A stretch of DNA of 64,000 bases. It comes from Candidatus Bathyarchaeia archaeon. GTDB lineage: Archaea > Thermoproteota > CALKCG01 > B24. Positions 1 to 10,142 of this stretch are shown here, in pieces. The stretch lies in assembly GCA_038870975.1 (NCBI GenBank), contig JAVZJD010000001.1, positions 864,001 to 928,000 of the forward strand. The letters run 5' to 3'. A program made the position numbers and the translations under genes. The notes under the pieces were generated by a model. That model was not told the origin of the DNA, made no database searches, and saw only the letters and a program-made list of their open reading frames with translations. The first letter of the stretch is position 1. Each line of letters starts with the position of its first letter.

Positions 1-753
1 ACCATCATCTGCAACTACGACCTGCCCTGAATAATATCTACGTATATTCTCTTCTATCTCCTTCTTATTCTCATCCCAATCTGGGTGTATATGCGTTATG
101 ACGAGTTTCGACACTTTATTCCTCTCGGCTATTGTGCCTATTTCGTCCAATGGATGATGGCCGAATTCATGGATAAGTATACTACATTCAGTTAAGTAAG
201 GCTCGACTTCTGACCTGCCTACATCTCCCGTGTAGATTATCTTATGCTCTCTAAGCCGAATGATGAATCCTAAAGCGTTTATCGTGAGCTCTGGATAATT
301 CTCTGAATATCTCTGATACCACTTTAAGTGAGAATTTTCGAAAAACTGGACTTTCAACTCCCCCCTGTCGTAAACCTGACCATGACCAACCTCTCTAACG
401 TCTACCTTAAAGGGAAGCACCTCGGGGAATAGGTAGCAGTATTCTAAAATCTTCAGAATCTTCCCACTAGTCCCCCGTGGTCCAAGTATTTCTAAGACAT
501 CCCTCCTATCCTTCAACTGAAGCGTCTGAATCAATAACGGCAAGTCGGCGACGTGATCGGCGTGGAAATGACTTATAAATACAGCCTTTAGGTCGAGTGG
601 ATTGTAACCCATCCTCTGAAGTAGTGAACTACATGGTGCGCCGCAATCGAATAGGTATAGACTTCTATCGACCGATATTCCAATCGATGTGCAGAAGCGG
701 TTTTTAGTTGGAACACCAGATGCAGAGCCCAAAATAAATATCTCATCAACCAT
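1..753 (-). CDS. Ribonuclease Z-like metallo-beta-lactamase fold hydrolase (3' end runs off the window; not in ORF track)
   Basis: Manual translation from ATG at 753: MVDEIFILGSASGVPTKNRFCTSI...LFDCGAP...FISHFHADHVADLP (HxHxDH motif); reaches ...GQVVVADDG at position 1. Confidence 0.8.
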   Translation of the reverse strand, partial: MVDEIFILGSASGVPTKNRFCTSIGISVDRSLYLFDCGAPCSSLLQRMGYNPLDLKAVFISHFHADHVADLPLLIQTLQLKDRRDVLEILGPRGTSGKILKILEYCYLFPEVLPFKVDVREVGHGQVYDRGELKVQFFENSHLKWYQRYSENYPELTINALGFIIRLREHKIIYTGDVGRSEVEPYLTECSILIHEFGHHPLDEIGTIAERNKVSKLVITHIHPDWDENKKEIEENIRRYYSGQVVVADDG

Positions 754-899
754 ACTCGATGCAACACCGAAAACAACATCTAACCCTATAGTTAAAAGGG
801 TTTTCAAAATCTAGTTGTAGATTGTTAAGCAGGGTTGCTTTATGAAAAGCGGGCTTTTAGACTGATGATATAGCTGGCTTACAACTGACTTGTAAAACT

Positions 900-1328
900 T
901 TAATCAGTCTTCGTTTCTCCAAGGATTTGAGGATCATAAAGTATGCATTCATACCACTTGTATACTCCGTCTTCCCAGACGTAGTAGCTACCCATAAGTT
1001 TCAAGTTGGGATACTTCTTCAATACCCTCTCTTCTGCGATCTTCTGTTTGCTTATATCTCTCTTGATTTTTTTAACACCTAAAGCTTTAGGTCTACGCCC
1101 AGACCTAGGTCTAGGCTTTTCACCAGACCCCTTTCTAATCCTAACCCTTACAACGACTATGCCCGGTTTAGCTTTATAGCCGAGCTTTCTAGCCGTGTGA
1201 AGTTTAGTCGGCTTATCTATCCGTACGATTGCGGGCTGTCTTCTCCATGATATGGCTCTTTCACGCATAAGCTCCGCTATGTAAGACTCTTTAGGCTTCT
1301 TCCAAGCTTCAGCAAGAGCACTATACAT
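900..1328 (-). CDS. rpl15e: 50S ribosomal protein L15e (short form)
   Basis: WRRQPAIVRIDKPT..ARKLGYKAKPGIVVVRVRIRKG..GRRPK..YYVWEDGVYKWYE. Confidence 0.92.
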   Translation of the reverse strand: MYSALAEAWKKPKESYIAELMRERAISWRRQPAIVRIDKPTKLHTARKLGYKAKPGIVVVRVRIRKGSGEKPRPRSGRRPKALGVKKIKRDISKQKIAEERVLKKYPNLKLMGSYYVWEDGVYKWYECILYDPQILGETKTD

Positions 1329-1398
1329 AGTCTCTCCTCTGAATGGGGGCTTTTAAACTCATAAACTTTGCCGCTTAATTAATTTGTCGTTTTTTCAA

Positions 1399-1596
1399 TC
1401 AATCCAGTCTTACGATTTTACACTTGACCCTCTTTAGAACGTCTTCAGCCTTCTCAGCTGGAAGTTTAATCGTATATAGCCTCTTCTTAGTTCTGAGTTT
1501 AAGCTTAACAGTATCCTTAAGCTTCTTAACGCGGCATTCAGACGCTCTTGACGAAATCTCTACAAACTTTTCAACGTCGAATACTTCCTCAGGCAT
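1399..1596 (-). CDS. rpl38e: 50S ribosomal protein L38e
   Basis: MP.E..D..KF....RA..CRVKK....KLKLRTKKRLYT pattern, 65 aa. Confidence 0.85.
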   Translation of the reverse strand: MPEEVFDVEKFVEISSRASECRVKKLKDTVKLKLRTKKRLYTIKLPAEKAEDVLKRVKCKIVRLD

Positions 1597-1651
1597 AGAG
1601 AAACACTTAAAACTTAAATGTTAAAAGCAGAGTTTTAAAGATTTCTTAATA

Positions 1652-2212
1652 TTGACTAGTATAGAAGAATCTGAGGAACGCGCCTCAAAACCCTACGGTG
1701 ATGAGTTAGACGTCTTTCTAAGGGTTTTGACAGTCAATATGCTCGGCGGTCTCTTCTGGGCTCTTCTCCAGCCTTTAAAAGACTATGATTCTTCAGAGGT
1801 TGTGTTTATTGCAGCCTCAGGGATGGTCGTCGGTGTAATCCTAAGCATAGGTAGCCTTCTAACACCTAGAGTATGCTCTAAATTTGAGAAACGTGCCGTC
1901 TATAGGATGGTCTGCGACTTGATGTATAGTCTAATATCTATATACTTAACGGTATCCATGATATTCATTTTAACGGCTTCCGCAATAATGTTAGCCGGCG
2001 GCCACCTCACCATTAGAAGCAATGGAGATATTGTAGCTTCACTCTCTATGGGTGACTTATTGAATTCCTACAGTTTAGACTATCTCCTACAACTATCCAT
2101 AATCTCCATCTTTGGAAGCCCAATCACCGCAATACTGCGGTGTATAAAAGCTAAGATGTCCAGGTGTTTACATAGAAATCGACATAAAAATGGGATTCTC
2201 AATCGGAAGTAG
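1652..2212 (+). CDS. Hypothetical membrane protein
   Basis: 186 aa ORF with about 4 hydrophobic segments; no recognised motif. Confidence 0.55.
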   Translation: MTSIEESEERASKPYGDELDVFLRVLTVNMLGGLFWALLQPLKDYDSSEVVFIAASGMVVGVILSIGSLLTPRVCSKFEKRAVYRMVCDLMYSLISIYLTVSMIFILTASAIMLAGGHLTIRSNGDIVASLSMGDLLNSYSLDYLLQLSIISIFGSPITAILRCIKAKMSRCLHRNRHKNGILNRK

Positions 2213-2223
2213 AAGCTCTCCTT

Positions 2224-3195
2224 TTACTGCATCTCTAAGAGTGCTCTAATCCTCTTAACGACGTTTGGGTGTGTTGAGAAGATTTCCATAAGCCTTTCAA
2301 ACCATGTGATTTCACGTGAAGCTATGCTTCTAACCAATTCAGAGTCTCTTGTAACACCGTATCTAGATAATTCTCTAACGTCTCTCGCCGCCGTATCAGG
2401 GTCTGATATGAACAGTGCTTTAAAAGCTCCTACCTCTGGAGTAGAACCTCTTCTAGCTTTATACCTTCCCGTGTAAGTCACTATTTTAGCTAAGGCCTCT
2501 GCTAAGTTTCTCGCGCCGTCTTCTGCTACGGACGCGCTGTGTGTATCTGCATAGTACTCTCTTAGGCGGCTTAAGTATAAGACTACTAGTGAAACTATGT
2601 AGTAGACGACTAGAGACAGCATTCCTATCAATATTAGTAGACTGGCATTATTCCTTCTATCTCTAGAGCTATACCCGCCGAAGTATGCGCTCATCATGAG
2701 GGAGTATCCCACGTAGTAGAATATCGCAGGTAAAACTGAGGCAAACATCATTACGTGTACGTCTTTATGCTTTAAATGTCCCAATTCATGCCCTATAACA
2801 GCTTCAACCTCTTCTTCATCTAGGATATCTAAGAGACCCTCTGTAACGGCGACTCTAGACCCAGTTAGAGGACTACCGTAGGCGAAGGCGTTAGGTATAG
2901 GTATTCGAGCTATCATCACCTTGGGTTTATCTATTTTCGACCTTCGGCTGAGTCTTTCGACGATTTCGTGTAGTCTCGGATACTGATATGGCGATGCCTC
3001 CCGAACTCCGTATAATGCGTCTATCATATATGGTGCTATAAGCCATTGGATTAAGTTGAATACGACAACTATAGGCGCTAGGATTAATAGTGGAGCCCCA
3101 GCTAAGCTTAGTATTATTGCGAAGAATAATGTAGATAGTGCTATTAGAAATGCTATTGTGCCAAACATACATAATTTAAGTTTTAACGTCCTCAT
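2224..3195 (-). CDS. htpX: Zinc metalloprotease HtpX (M48)
   Basis: PNAFAYG, HELGH zinc motif, SRLREYYAD, FSTHP. Confidence 0.93.
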   Translation of the reverse strand: MRTLKLKLCMFGTIAFLIALSTLFFAIILSLAGAPLLILAPIVVVFNLIQWLIAPYMIDALYGVREASPYQYPRLHEIVERLSRRSKIDKPKVMIARIPIPNAFAYGSPLTGSRVAVTEGLLDILDEEEVEAVIGHELGHLKHKDVHVMMFASVLPAIFYYVGYSLMMSAYFGGYSSRDRRNNASLLILIGMLSLVVYYIVSLVVLYLSRLREYYADTHSASVAEDGARNLAEALAKIVTYTGRYKARRGSTPEVGAFKALFISDPDTAARDVRELSRYGVTRDSELVRSIASREITWFERLMEIFSTHPNVVKRIRALLEMQ

Positions 3196-3309
3196 GTTTC
3201 TTCAAGTTGTTTTTGAATTTTTACTCTTAAAAAGTTTACTACCTGCAGTGTAAACGTAGTGAATAAGCTTATTAATATGTCCAGCCACCATATTAGAGGC
3301 TGATAGATA

Positions 3310-3606
3310 TTGAAGGTTTCAGACCTTAGAAAAGGTATGCGTGGTGTTAACGTCAAAGGGGAAATAACAGACATCTCTGAGACGAAGGAAGTAGTAACCA
3401 GGTATGGTACAACCGCTAAAGTAGCCACTGCAACTCTCAAAGACGACTCTGGATCTGTTAAACTTACTCTATGGAATGAAGACATTGAAAAGGTCTCACC
3501 GGGGGCTCTTATAGAGATAAACAACGGCTATACGAGTGTGTTTAGAGGGGTCCTCCAGCTTAATATAGGTAGATTTGGAAAATTGAAAGTCTTAAACGAG
3601 GAGTGA
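3310..3606 (+). CDS. ssb: Single OB-fold ssDNA-binding protein (crenarchaeal SSB-like)
   Basis: KVSDL..GM..VNVKG..VATATLKDDSGSVKLTLW..NGYTSVFRG.LQLNIGRFG. Confidence 0.8.
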   Translation: MKVSDLRKGMRGVNVKGEITDISETKEVVTRYGTTAKVATATLKDDSGSVKLTLWNEDIEKVSPGALIEINNGYTSVFRGVLQLNIGRFGKLKVLNEE

Positions 3607-3685
3607 AACATCTCCTACAAACTTTTTAAACAGCTCCCCCTATGGGGTTATTGATGTCTATAGGCTGTCTAAGTGGTGGGGAGGT

Positions 3686-4999
3686 TTGACCATACCTCTG
3701 GAGTGGAGGAGAAGCCACCTATCGAAGGAGGTGACACCGTCTCTAAACGGGAGTCGAGTCGTACTGCTAGGCATGGTTTTAAGCGTTAGGAGACAGGGTG
3801 GTTTATGTTTTATAATCCTCCAAGATGGATGTGGAACCATACAGATAACCGCCCATAAAGATAGGGCGCCTGCTCAAGTTTTTGATAAACTGGTTGAGCT
3901 TACTCCCCACAGCTACATCGGTGTTAAAGGGGTTGTAAAATCTATTGAAAAAGCTCCCAGAGGCGTTGAAGTTGAAGCCGAAGACCTATACGTCTTCTCA
4001 GAGCCTAAAAAACTTCCGCCGTTTGAAATGTTCGCTAAAACGCTTCCAAGCTTAGACAAGAGGCTTGAAATAAGGGCTGTGGATTTGCGCAGACCTAGGT
4101 CTCAAGCTATTTTCAAACTTAAACACCAGGTTTTACAGAGCATTAGAAGCTTCCTAGTTGAGAAGGACTTCATAGAAGTCAATACGCCTAAAATCATAGG
4201 CTCTGCTACGGAGGGAGGTGCGGCTTTATTCCCACTGCTCTACTACGATAAGGAAGCCTTTCTTGCTCAAAGCCCCCAGCTCTACAAAGAGCAATTGTCT
4301 TCCGTCTTTGAACGGGTTTTTGAAATTGGCCCAGTCTTCAGGGCGGAGAAGTTTAAAACGCCTAGACACCTTAGCGAGATAACTTCCGTCGATGTTGAAA
4401 TGGCTTTTGCAGACTATGAAGACGTAATGCGGCTCCTCGAAGAAATGATAAGCTTCGTAATAGGGAGCCTAGTGGATAAATCTTCTGAAGAGCTTCAGCT
4501 TTTAGAAGTGAAGTTGGAGAAGCCTAAGACGCCCTTTAAACGGATGACATACGACGAAGCCTATAATGCGCTTAGAGATTTAGGAGTTGAAGTTTCATGG
4601 GGTGAGGACTTCTCTACGTTAGCCCTTAGGAGGCTCGGTCGGCTTCACAGAGGCTTTTACTTCATAACAGACTGGCCAACTGTTTCCAAGCCTTTCTACA
4701 TTAAGCCTAGAGATGATAATCCTGAGGTTTCTGAAAGCTTCGACCTAATGTACGGGTCTTTAGAATTGTCTTCAGGAGGCTCTAGAGTCTCGTCACGTGA
4801 ACTCTTGGTTAAACGTTTAAAACAGCAGGGTTTAAACCCAAGGCTTTTCGAATACCATCTTAAAGTCTACGACTACGGTATGCCTCCCCACGCCGGCTTT
4901 GGACTTGGACTTGAGAGGTTCATGATGGTTATAACCGGGGTTCCAAACATAAGAGAGGTTACGCTTTTCCCACGGGATCAGAGTAGGCTTACGCCTTAA
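3686..4999 (+). CDS. aspS: Aspartyl-tRNA synthetase, probably non-discriminating
   Basis: TEGGA, LAQSPQLYK, FRAEK, PPHAGFGLGLER, FPRD; adjacent to gatCA. Confidence 0.95.
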   Translation: MTIPLEWRRSHLSKEVTPSLNGSRVVLLGMVLSVRRQGGLCFIILQDGCGTIQITAHKDRAPAQVFDKLVELTPHSYIGVKGVVKSIEKAPRGVEVEAEDLYVFSEPKKLPPFEMFAKTLPSLDKRLEIRAVDLRRPRSQAIFKLKHQVLQSIRSFLVEKDFIEVNTPKIIGSATEGGAALFPLLYYDKEAFLAQSPQLYKEQLSSVFERVFEIGPVFRAEKFKTPRHLSEITSVDVEMAFADYEDVMRLLEEMISFVIGSLVDKSSEELQLLEVKLEKPKTPFKRMTYDEAYNALRDLGVEVSWGEDFSTLALRRLGRLHRGFYFITDWPTVSKPFYIKPRDDNPEVSESFDLMYGSLELSSGGSRVSSRELLVKRLKQQGLNPRLFEYHLKVYDYGMPPHAGFGLGLERFMMVITGVPNIREVTLFPRDQSRLTP

Positions 5000-5002
5000 C
5001 GG

Positions 5003-5305
5003 GTGGTAGATATGTCCAAGAGAAGGGCAATCACTGTTAAAGACATTAGGCATTTGGCCTGGCTGGCTAGGCTTGAGCTGTCTAAAAAAGAGGAGGAGGT
5101 GTTTAAAAACCAGCTCCCGAAGATTTTAGAGTACTTCAGTAAGATCGATGAAGCTAATGTTGAAGACCTTCCACCCACATTCCACGTAGTTAAACACTAC
5201 AATGTTTTCAGGGAGGATGAGCCCCGTCAATTTCCATCGGATCTAGTGCTTCAAAACCCGCCTAAGAAGAAGGGTAGGTTTATAAAAGCTGCGAGGATCG
5301 TCTGA
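5003..5305 (+). CDS. gatC: Asp/Glu-tRNA amidotransferase subunit C
   Basis: IRHLAWLARLEL..FRED..FIKAARIV; upstream of gatA. Confidence 0.9.
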   Translation: MVDMSKRRAITVKDIRHLAWLARLELSKKEEEVFKNQLPKILEYFSKIDEANVEDLPPTFHVVKHYNVFREDEPRQFPSDLVLQNPPKKKGRFIKAARIV

Positions 5306-5307
5306 CT

Positions 5308-6771
5308 TTGAAGCTTCTACAGTATTCGGCTGAACATATAGCCTCCGCGGTTAGAAGCGGTGAAGTATCTGCCGTCGAGGTTTTAGATGAAGTTGTTGAA
5401 AGGATAAGGGCTGTAGAGCCTAGGGTGAATGCGTTTATAACGCTTACTAACGATAGAGCGTATGAAAAGGCTAGAGATGTAGATAGGCGTGTAAGAGAAG
5501 GGTTGAAAGTCGGTAGGCTTGCAGGCGTCGTGGTAGCGGTTAAAGACAACATATGTATGATGGGTGTTGAAACAACGTGCGGTTCAAAGATCCTTAAAGG
5601 GTATTTTCCAAGTTATAACGCCACTGTCGTTGAGAGGCTTGAAATGGAGGATGCAGTCCTCATAGGTAAGACGAACATGGATGAATTCGCAATGGGTTCT
5701 ACTACGGAATTCAGCGCCTATAAGACGACTAGAAACCCCTACGATTTAGAGAGGGTTCCAGGAGGTTCTTCTGGCGGTAGTGCGGCAGCCGTAGCTTCAG
5801 GTGAAGCTATAATAGCACTTGGGTCTGATACTGGAGGCTCCATAAGATGCCCAGCGGCATTCTGCGGTGTTGTGGGATTGAAACCGACGTATGGCCTCGT
5901 CAGTAGGTATGGGCTTATCGCATACGCCAACAGCTTAGAGCAGATAGGTCCTATCGCTAGAAACGTTAGAGACTGCGCTCTGGCTTTAAGCGTTATAGCT
6001 GGTTACGACCCTAGGGATAGTACATCTCTTATGGTTCAGCCTGGGGATTACCTGGGAGAGTTGAATACTCCATGCAACCTCAAGGGTTTACGTATAGGAG
6101 TAGTTAGAGAATTCCTAGGGGAGGGTGTTCAAAAGGGTGTAGCCAGCAGGGTTTTAGACGCCGTACACAGCTTAGAAGAACTCGGCGCATCTGTAGGTGA
6201 AGTTTCCCTCAAAAGCTTAGAGTATGCTTTAGCAGCATACTACGTTATAGCTATGTCTGAAGCGAGTTCAAACTTAGCCAGATACGATGGTTTAAGATAC
6301 GGGTTTAGAGCCTCAGATCAAGGTTTAAATTGGACTAGAGCATACGCTAAGAATAGACGTCTAGGCTTTGGTGAAGAAGTTAAACGTAGAATAATCCTAG
6401 GGACATTCGCGCTATCCGCTGGATACTATGAAGCATACTATTTGAAAGCGTTGAAAGTTAGAACGCTCATATTAAACGACTTTCAGAGGGCCTTCAAAGA
6501 GTTCGACGTATTGGCTGGGCCATCAATGCCTACTGTTGCGTTTAAAATAGGTGAGAAGATTGAAGACCCGCTTGAGCTGTACATGTGTGATGTAAACACG
6601 GTGCCAGCTAATTTAGCGGGCTTACCTGCGATATCAATACCCTGCGGTCTATCAGAGGGGCTACCAGTTGGACTGCAGCTTATCGCACCGCCTATGGAGG
6701 AAAGCCTACTGTTTAAAGTTTCATATGCCTATGAAAGTTTAAGTCGATGGAGTTTTACGTTGAAGCCTTAA
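5308..6771 (+). CDS. gatA: Asp/Glu-tRNA amidotransferase subunit A
   Basis: Amidase signature GGSSGGSAAAV, GSDTGGSIRCPA, SSNLARYDG. Confidence 0.96.
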   Translation: MKLLQYSAEHIASAVRSGEVSAVEVLDEVVERIRAVEPRVNAFITLTNDRAYEKARDVDRRVREGLKVGRLAGVVVAVKDNICMMGVETTCGSKILKGYFPSYNATVVERLEMEDAVLIGKTNMDEFAMGSTTEFSAYKTTRNPYDLERVPGGSSGGSAAAVASGEAIIALGSDTGGSIRCPAAFCGVVGLKPTYGLVSRYGLIAYANSLEQIGPIARNVRDCALALSVIAGYDPRDSTSLMVQPGDYLGELNTPCNLKGLRIGVVREFLGEGVQKGVASRVLDAVHSLEELGASVGEVSLKSLEYALAAYYVIAMSEASSNLARYDGLRYGFRASDQGLNWTRAYAKNRRLGFGEEVKRRIILGTFALSAGYYEAYYLKALKVRTLILNDFQRAFKEFDVLAGPSMPTVAFKIGEKIEDPLELYMCDVNTVPANLAGLPAISIPCGLSEGLPVGLQLIAPPMEESLLFKVSYAYESLSRWSFTLKP

Positions 6772-6845
6772 GACTGCCCCCCATACAACCTCATACTTGC
6801 CCATCGTAAAACTTCTTAAACCGTATTTTCCCTGCGATTTGATGG

Positions 6846-6990
6846 GCTGTTCAAGGTGGATTTATTGGCTACGATCAATACCGTTCTACCGGACAGGGTT
6901 TTAAAAGAGCTTGAGGAAGGTCTGACCTTCCTTTGACGTTTTAGCTGTCGATTTATCTCCTCTACTTTTACCTTAGCTGTTCAAGGTGGA
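6846..6990. repeat. 15-bp direct repeat GCTGTTCAAGGTGGA at 6846-6860 and 6976-6990
   Basis: Two exact copies 130 bp apart in the gatA-gatB intergenic region. Confidence 0.8.
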
Positions 6991-7025
6991 AAGGATAAAT
7001 ATTGGCTTTAAACTTATAATAGCTG

Positions 7026-8474
7026 ATGGCTTTTAAAACGGTTAAAATAGGTCTTGAGGTCCACTGTCAGCTTACAAATCTTAAGAGTAAGCTCTTCTGC
7101 CCGTGTCCTACGGATTATAGGGGTAAGCCTCCGAATACGAATGTATGCCCAGTCTGTATGGGTGAGCCTGGCACTCTACCTGTTTTAAATAGGGAGGCTC
7201 TTAGAAGCGCCGTTATGATAGCCTTAGCTTTACACTCAGATGTTTCGAGGTTTACGTATTTTACGCGTAAAAACTACTTCTACCCCGATATGGCTAAAAA
7301 CTTTCAAATATCTCAGTATGATGGTGTCGGCGGTGCTCCCTTAGCCAAGGGTGGTCGTGTAGTTTTAAGCAATGGGAAAACCGTGAGGATTAGACGGATA
7401 CAGCTTGAAGAAGACCCTGCTAGAATCGTCTACGAGGGTTCTATAGATACTGCCCCTTCGGCGCTTATAGACTACAATAGACATGGAATTGCGCTCGTAG
7501 AAATAGTTACTGAGCCGGATATATCTTCGCCTGAAGAGGCTAGGCTTTTCCTTCAAAAGTTGAGGTCGATATTGGAGCACTTAGGCGTATTCGATGGAGA
7601 GCTTGAGGGCGCTATGAGATGTGATGCGAATATTTCTCTTGAGGGTAGTGTTAGAGTCGAAATTAAAAACATTTCATCTTACAAGGAGGTTGAGCGTGCT
7701 CTGATGTTTGAAATCACGAGGCAGAGTAGTCTACTTTCTAGAGGTATTAAGATTGCTAGAGAGACGAGGTTTTGGGATGAGCGTAGGAGGATAACCGTCT
7801 CCCTTAGGACTAAGGAGACTGAGGAAGACTACAGGTATTTTCCAGAGCCTGATTTACCTCCAATAGTGTTAACCGATGAATTCATAGATGAAGTGAAGCG
7901 TAGCCTCCCCATGCTTCCAGATGAGAGGAGGCGCATCTTCATAGAGAAATACGGTGTTTCAGAGCAGAATGCGGATGTTCTCGTGAGTGATAAAGCTTTA
8001 GCAGACTTCTATGAGAAGTGTCTTGAACATTACAGTAAAGCTCAAGAGCTCAGCTCTCTCATTGTTGGAGACTTTCTAGCTCAATTGCACAGTTTAAACA
8101 TCTCCATTAGAGACGTTAAGGTCAGCCCAAGCCAAATAGCGAAGCTTCTAAAGCTCCTCGACAGTAAAGTATTGACTGGGCTTTCAGCTAAAGCCGTTTT
8201 AAGGGAGATGCTTATTACAGGTGAAGACCCTGAGGTTGTGATTCAGAGGAGGGGGCTCCAACGGATATCGGATAGAGAAATGCTCGCTGGGCTCGTCGAC
8301 CAAGTCTTCACTATGAATCCGAAGGCTGTTGAAGATGCGCTTGTAAATGAGAAGGCTATTCATTTCTTAGTCGGTCAAATAATGCGTATGACGCAGGGTA
8401 AAGCCGACCCAAGCCTCGTCCGAGAGCTCGTCGAAGATAGGCTTGGAAAACTAAAATCCAATAGGTCGGGTTGA
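7026..8474 (+). CDS. gatB: Asp/Glu-tRNA amidotransferase subunit B
   Basis: IGLEVHCQL, RKNYFYPD, RCDANIS, DYRYFPEPDL. Confidence 0.96.
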   Translation: MAFKTVKIGLEVHCQLTNLKSKLFCPCPTDYRGKPPNTNVCPVCMGEPGTLPVLNREALRSAVMIALALHSDVSRFTYFTRKNYFYPDMAKNFQISQYDGVGGAPLAKGGRVVLSNGKTVRIRRIQLEEDPARIVYEGSIDTAPSALIDYNRHGIALVEIVTEPDISSPEEARLFLQKLRSILEHLGVFDGELEGAMRCDANISLEGSVRVEIKNISSYKEVERALMFEITRQSSLLSRGIKIARETRFWDERRRITVSLRTKETEEDYRYFPEPDLPPIVLTDEFIDEVKRSLPMLPDERRRIFIEKYGVSEQNADVLVSDKALADFYEKCLEHYSKAQELSSLIVGDFLAQLHSLNISIRDVKVSPSQIAKLLKLLDSKVLTGLSAKAVLREMLITGEDPEVVIQRRGLQRISDREMLAGLVDQVFTMNPKAVEDALVNEKAIHFLVGQIMRMTQGKADPSLVRELVEDRLGKLKSNRSG

Positions 8475-8491
8475 AGATTCCGCGAATCCTA

Positions 8492-9058
8492 TTAAACCCT
8501 TCTCGCTTTAAACTTGAAGCTTAAAGCCTCTAGTGCTTCTCGAGTTGAATTCGCATTTAGAAAAACGCGGAGTATTTTCAAAGCCGTTTTAAAGTTCTCC
8601 TTCTTACCGCATGGGGTTTCGATGAGGATGGGTGTGTCAAGGTTGAGTTTAGCCTTCAGAATGGGCGATATTGAACCTATTAGAACACCGTTTTCAACTT
8701 CTAAAAGGGGAGGAATACCTTTTACGTTTACTCTATCTGGGCTTGTTAGACTACTGTAGCTCGACGTCTTGTAACAGTGTACTTCAACGTAAACGTCAGG
8801 CTTGAAGGCTTCAACTATTTTAAGAAGCCTCTTAAAAGCCTTCGTATTCAGGTAGTTGAAGCTTAAAGTTGATACATACTTGCCCGTGTAGAGACAGGGT
8901 ATTACAACTGCTGAGCCGCTTCTAGGCCTACGTGTTTTAACAAGCATTTCGAGAAGTAGCTTCGTCGTACGGCACTCTCTACCGTGTAGCCCTCCAATGA
9001 ATAATCTTAGAGGCCTAGAAGGGTTTCCTATGCTCTTGTAGATTTTCAAGAGGACCAC
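8492..9058 (-). CDS. DUF2119-like protein (zinc carboxypeptidase/deacylase-like)
   Basis: RLFIGGLHGRE, KYVSTL, YVEVHCY, GVLIGSISP. Confidence 0.65.
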   Translation of the reverse strand: MVLLKIYKSIGNPSRPLRLFIGGLHGRECRTTKLLLEMLVKTRRPRSGSAVVIPCLYTGKYVSTLSFNYLNTKAFKRLLKIVEAFKPDVYVEVHCYKTSSYSSLTSPDRVNVKGIPPLLEVENGVLIGSISPILKAKLNLDTPILIETPCGKKENFKTALKILRVFLNANSTREALEALSFKFKARRV

Positions 9059-9138
9059 CCATCTATACTCTGTGGACTACGTGTTTTCAAACAGCCTCTA
9101 TAAATTTTAAAGCCCTGAGGATATATTACTTAAGGCTG

Positions 9139-10125
9139 GTGCTTACGATGATAATCGTAGCAGTTGACGGTGGTAAGACGAAGACGTCATGCGTAGTTTT
9201 TAATGAAGATGGTGAAGTCATATCTACGTCTTCATCTGGACCCAGCGGGCTCCTACTTCCAAGCGATACCGTTAAGAAGAACCTATGGACTGCCATATCG
9301 GGCTCTCTCTCTAAAGCCGGGTTACGCGTAGAGGACGTAGACGTCCTATCCATAGGATTAGCAGACATAGACACAAAACACGATGTTGAAAGAGCCTCTC
9401 TTATGGTTAAAGAGCTTCCGATACCCCGCTCCGTAACCACTGTTGTTGAGCATGATGCAGTCGTAGCCTACTATGCGGTAACATATGGGGCTCCTGGTGT
9501 AGCGGTCATAGCTGGAACGGGTAGCATAGCCTTCGGTATGAATAAGCATGGTGAAAGAGCCAGGTCTGGAGGTTGGAATTGGCTCTTCGGAGACGAAGGT
9601 AGCGGCTATTGGATAGCTAAAGAAGCTCTTCAAGCCGCAGCTAGGGCGTTTGACGGCCGTGGACCTAAAACCGTTCTCGTCGACGTTTTCTTGGAGCATT
9701 TTAAGATAAGCGACCCACTTGATATGCTTGAGGTAGTCTATCGGAGTATGGGGGGTGACCCGTTGAAATTAGCCGATTTAGCTGTTCTCGTAGATAGGGC
9801 TGCTGAGGTTGGAGATGAAGTTGCTATAGGTATTCTTGAGAGGGCTGGTGTTGAACTGGCTCTCGCATGTTACGCTACTGCTTTAAAACTCGGCATGGTT
9901 GATGAGCCTATGGTTGTTGGAACCGTTGGAAGCGTTTTTAAGTCTAAAATCGTTGAAGACGTCTTCTACAGTTGGCTTAAACGTAGGCTTAGGAAAGCCG
10001 ATTTTAAACCGCCTCTCGTAGGGTTTCAGCCGATCATAGGTTCTGCTGTGATCGGTTTTAGAAGGCTTGGTTTTGAGAGAATCGAAGAGAGGATTGAAAA
10101 TCTTAAGAGAAACTTGGAAGTTTAA
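9139..10125 (+). CDS. BadF/BadG/BcrA/BcrD family sugar kinase (GlcNAc/GlcN kinase-like)
   Basis: VDGGKTKT, HDA, IAGTGS, GGWNWLFGDEGSGYWIA. Confidence 0.85.
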   Translation: MLTMIIVAVDGGKTKTSCVVFNEDGEVISTSSSGPSGLLLPSDTVKKNLWTAISGSLSKAGLRVEDVDVLSIGLADIDTKHDVERASLMVKELPIPRSVTTVVEHDAVVAYYAVTYGAPGVAVIAGTGSIAFGMNKHGERARSGGWNWLFGDEGSGYWIAKEALQAAARAFDGRGPKTVLVDVFLEHFKISDPLDMLEVVYRSMGGDPLKLADLAVLVDRAAEVGDEVAIGILERAGVELALACYATALKLGMVDEPMVVGTVGSVFKSKIVEDVFYSWLKRRLRKADFKPPLVGFQPIIGSAVIGFRRLGFERIEERIENLKRNLEV

Positions 10126-10142
10126 CTGTTGTCTCTACTCTT

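Noticed and set aside
588-779. 63 aa minus-strand ORF in the track
   Set aside because: Alternative frame over the RNase Z-like gene starting at 753
841-895. TGATGA...CTGA with GGCTTACAA as a second C/D sRNA
   Set aside because: No proper upstream C box, 16-nt spacing, and D+5 would fall on A37. The segment is equally explained by short palindromes (AAAAGC-GG-GCTTTT, TTACAA-CTGAC-TTGTAA).
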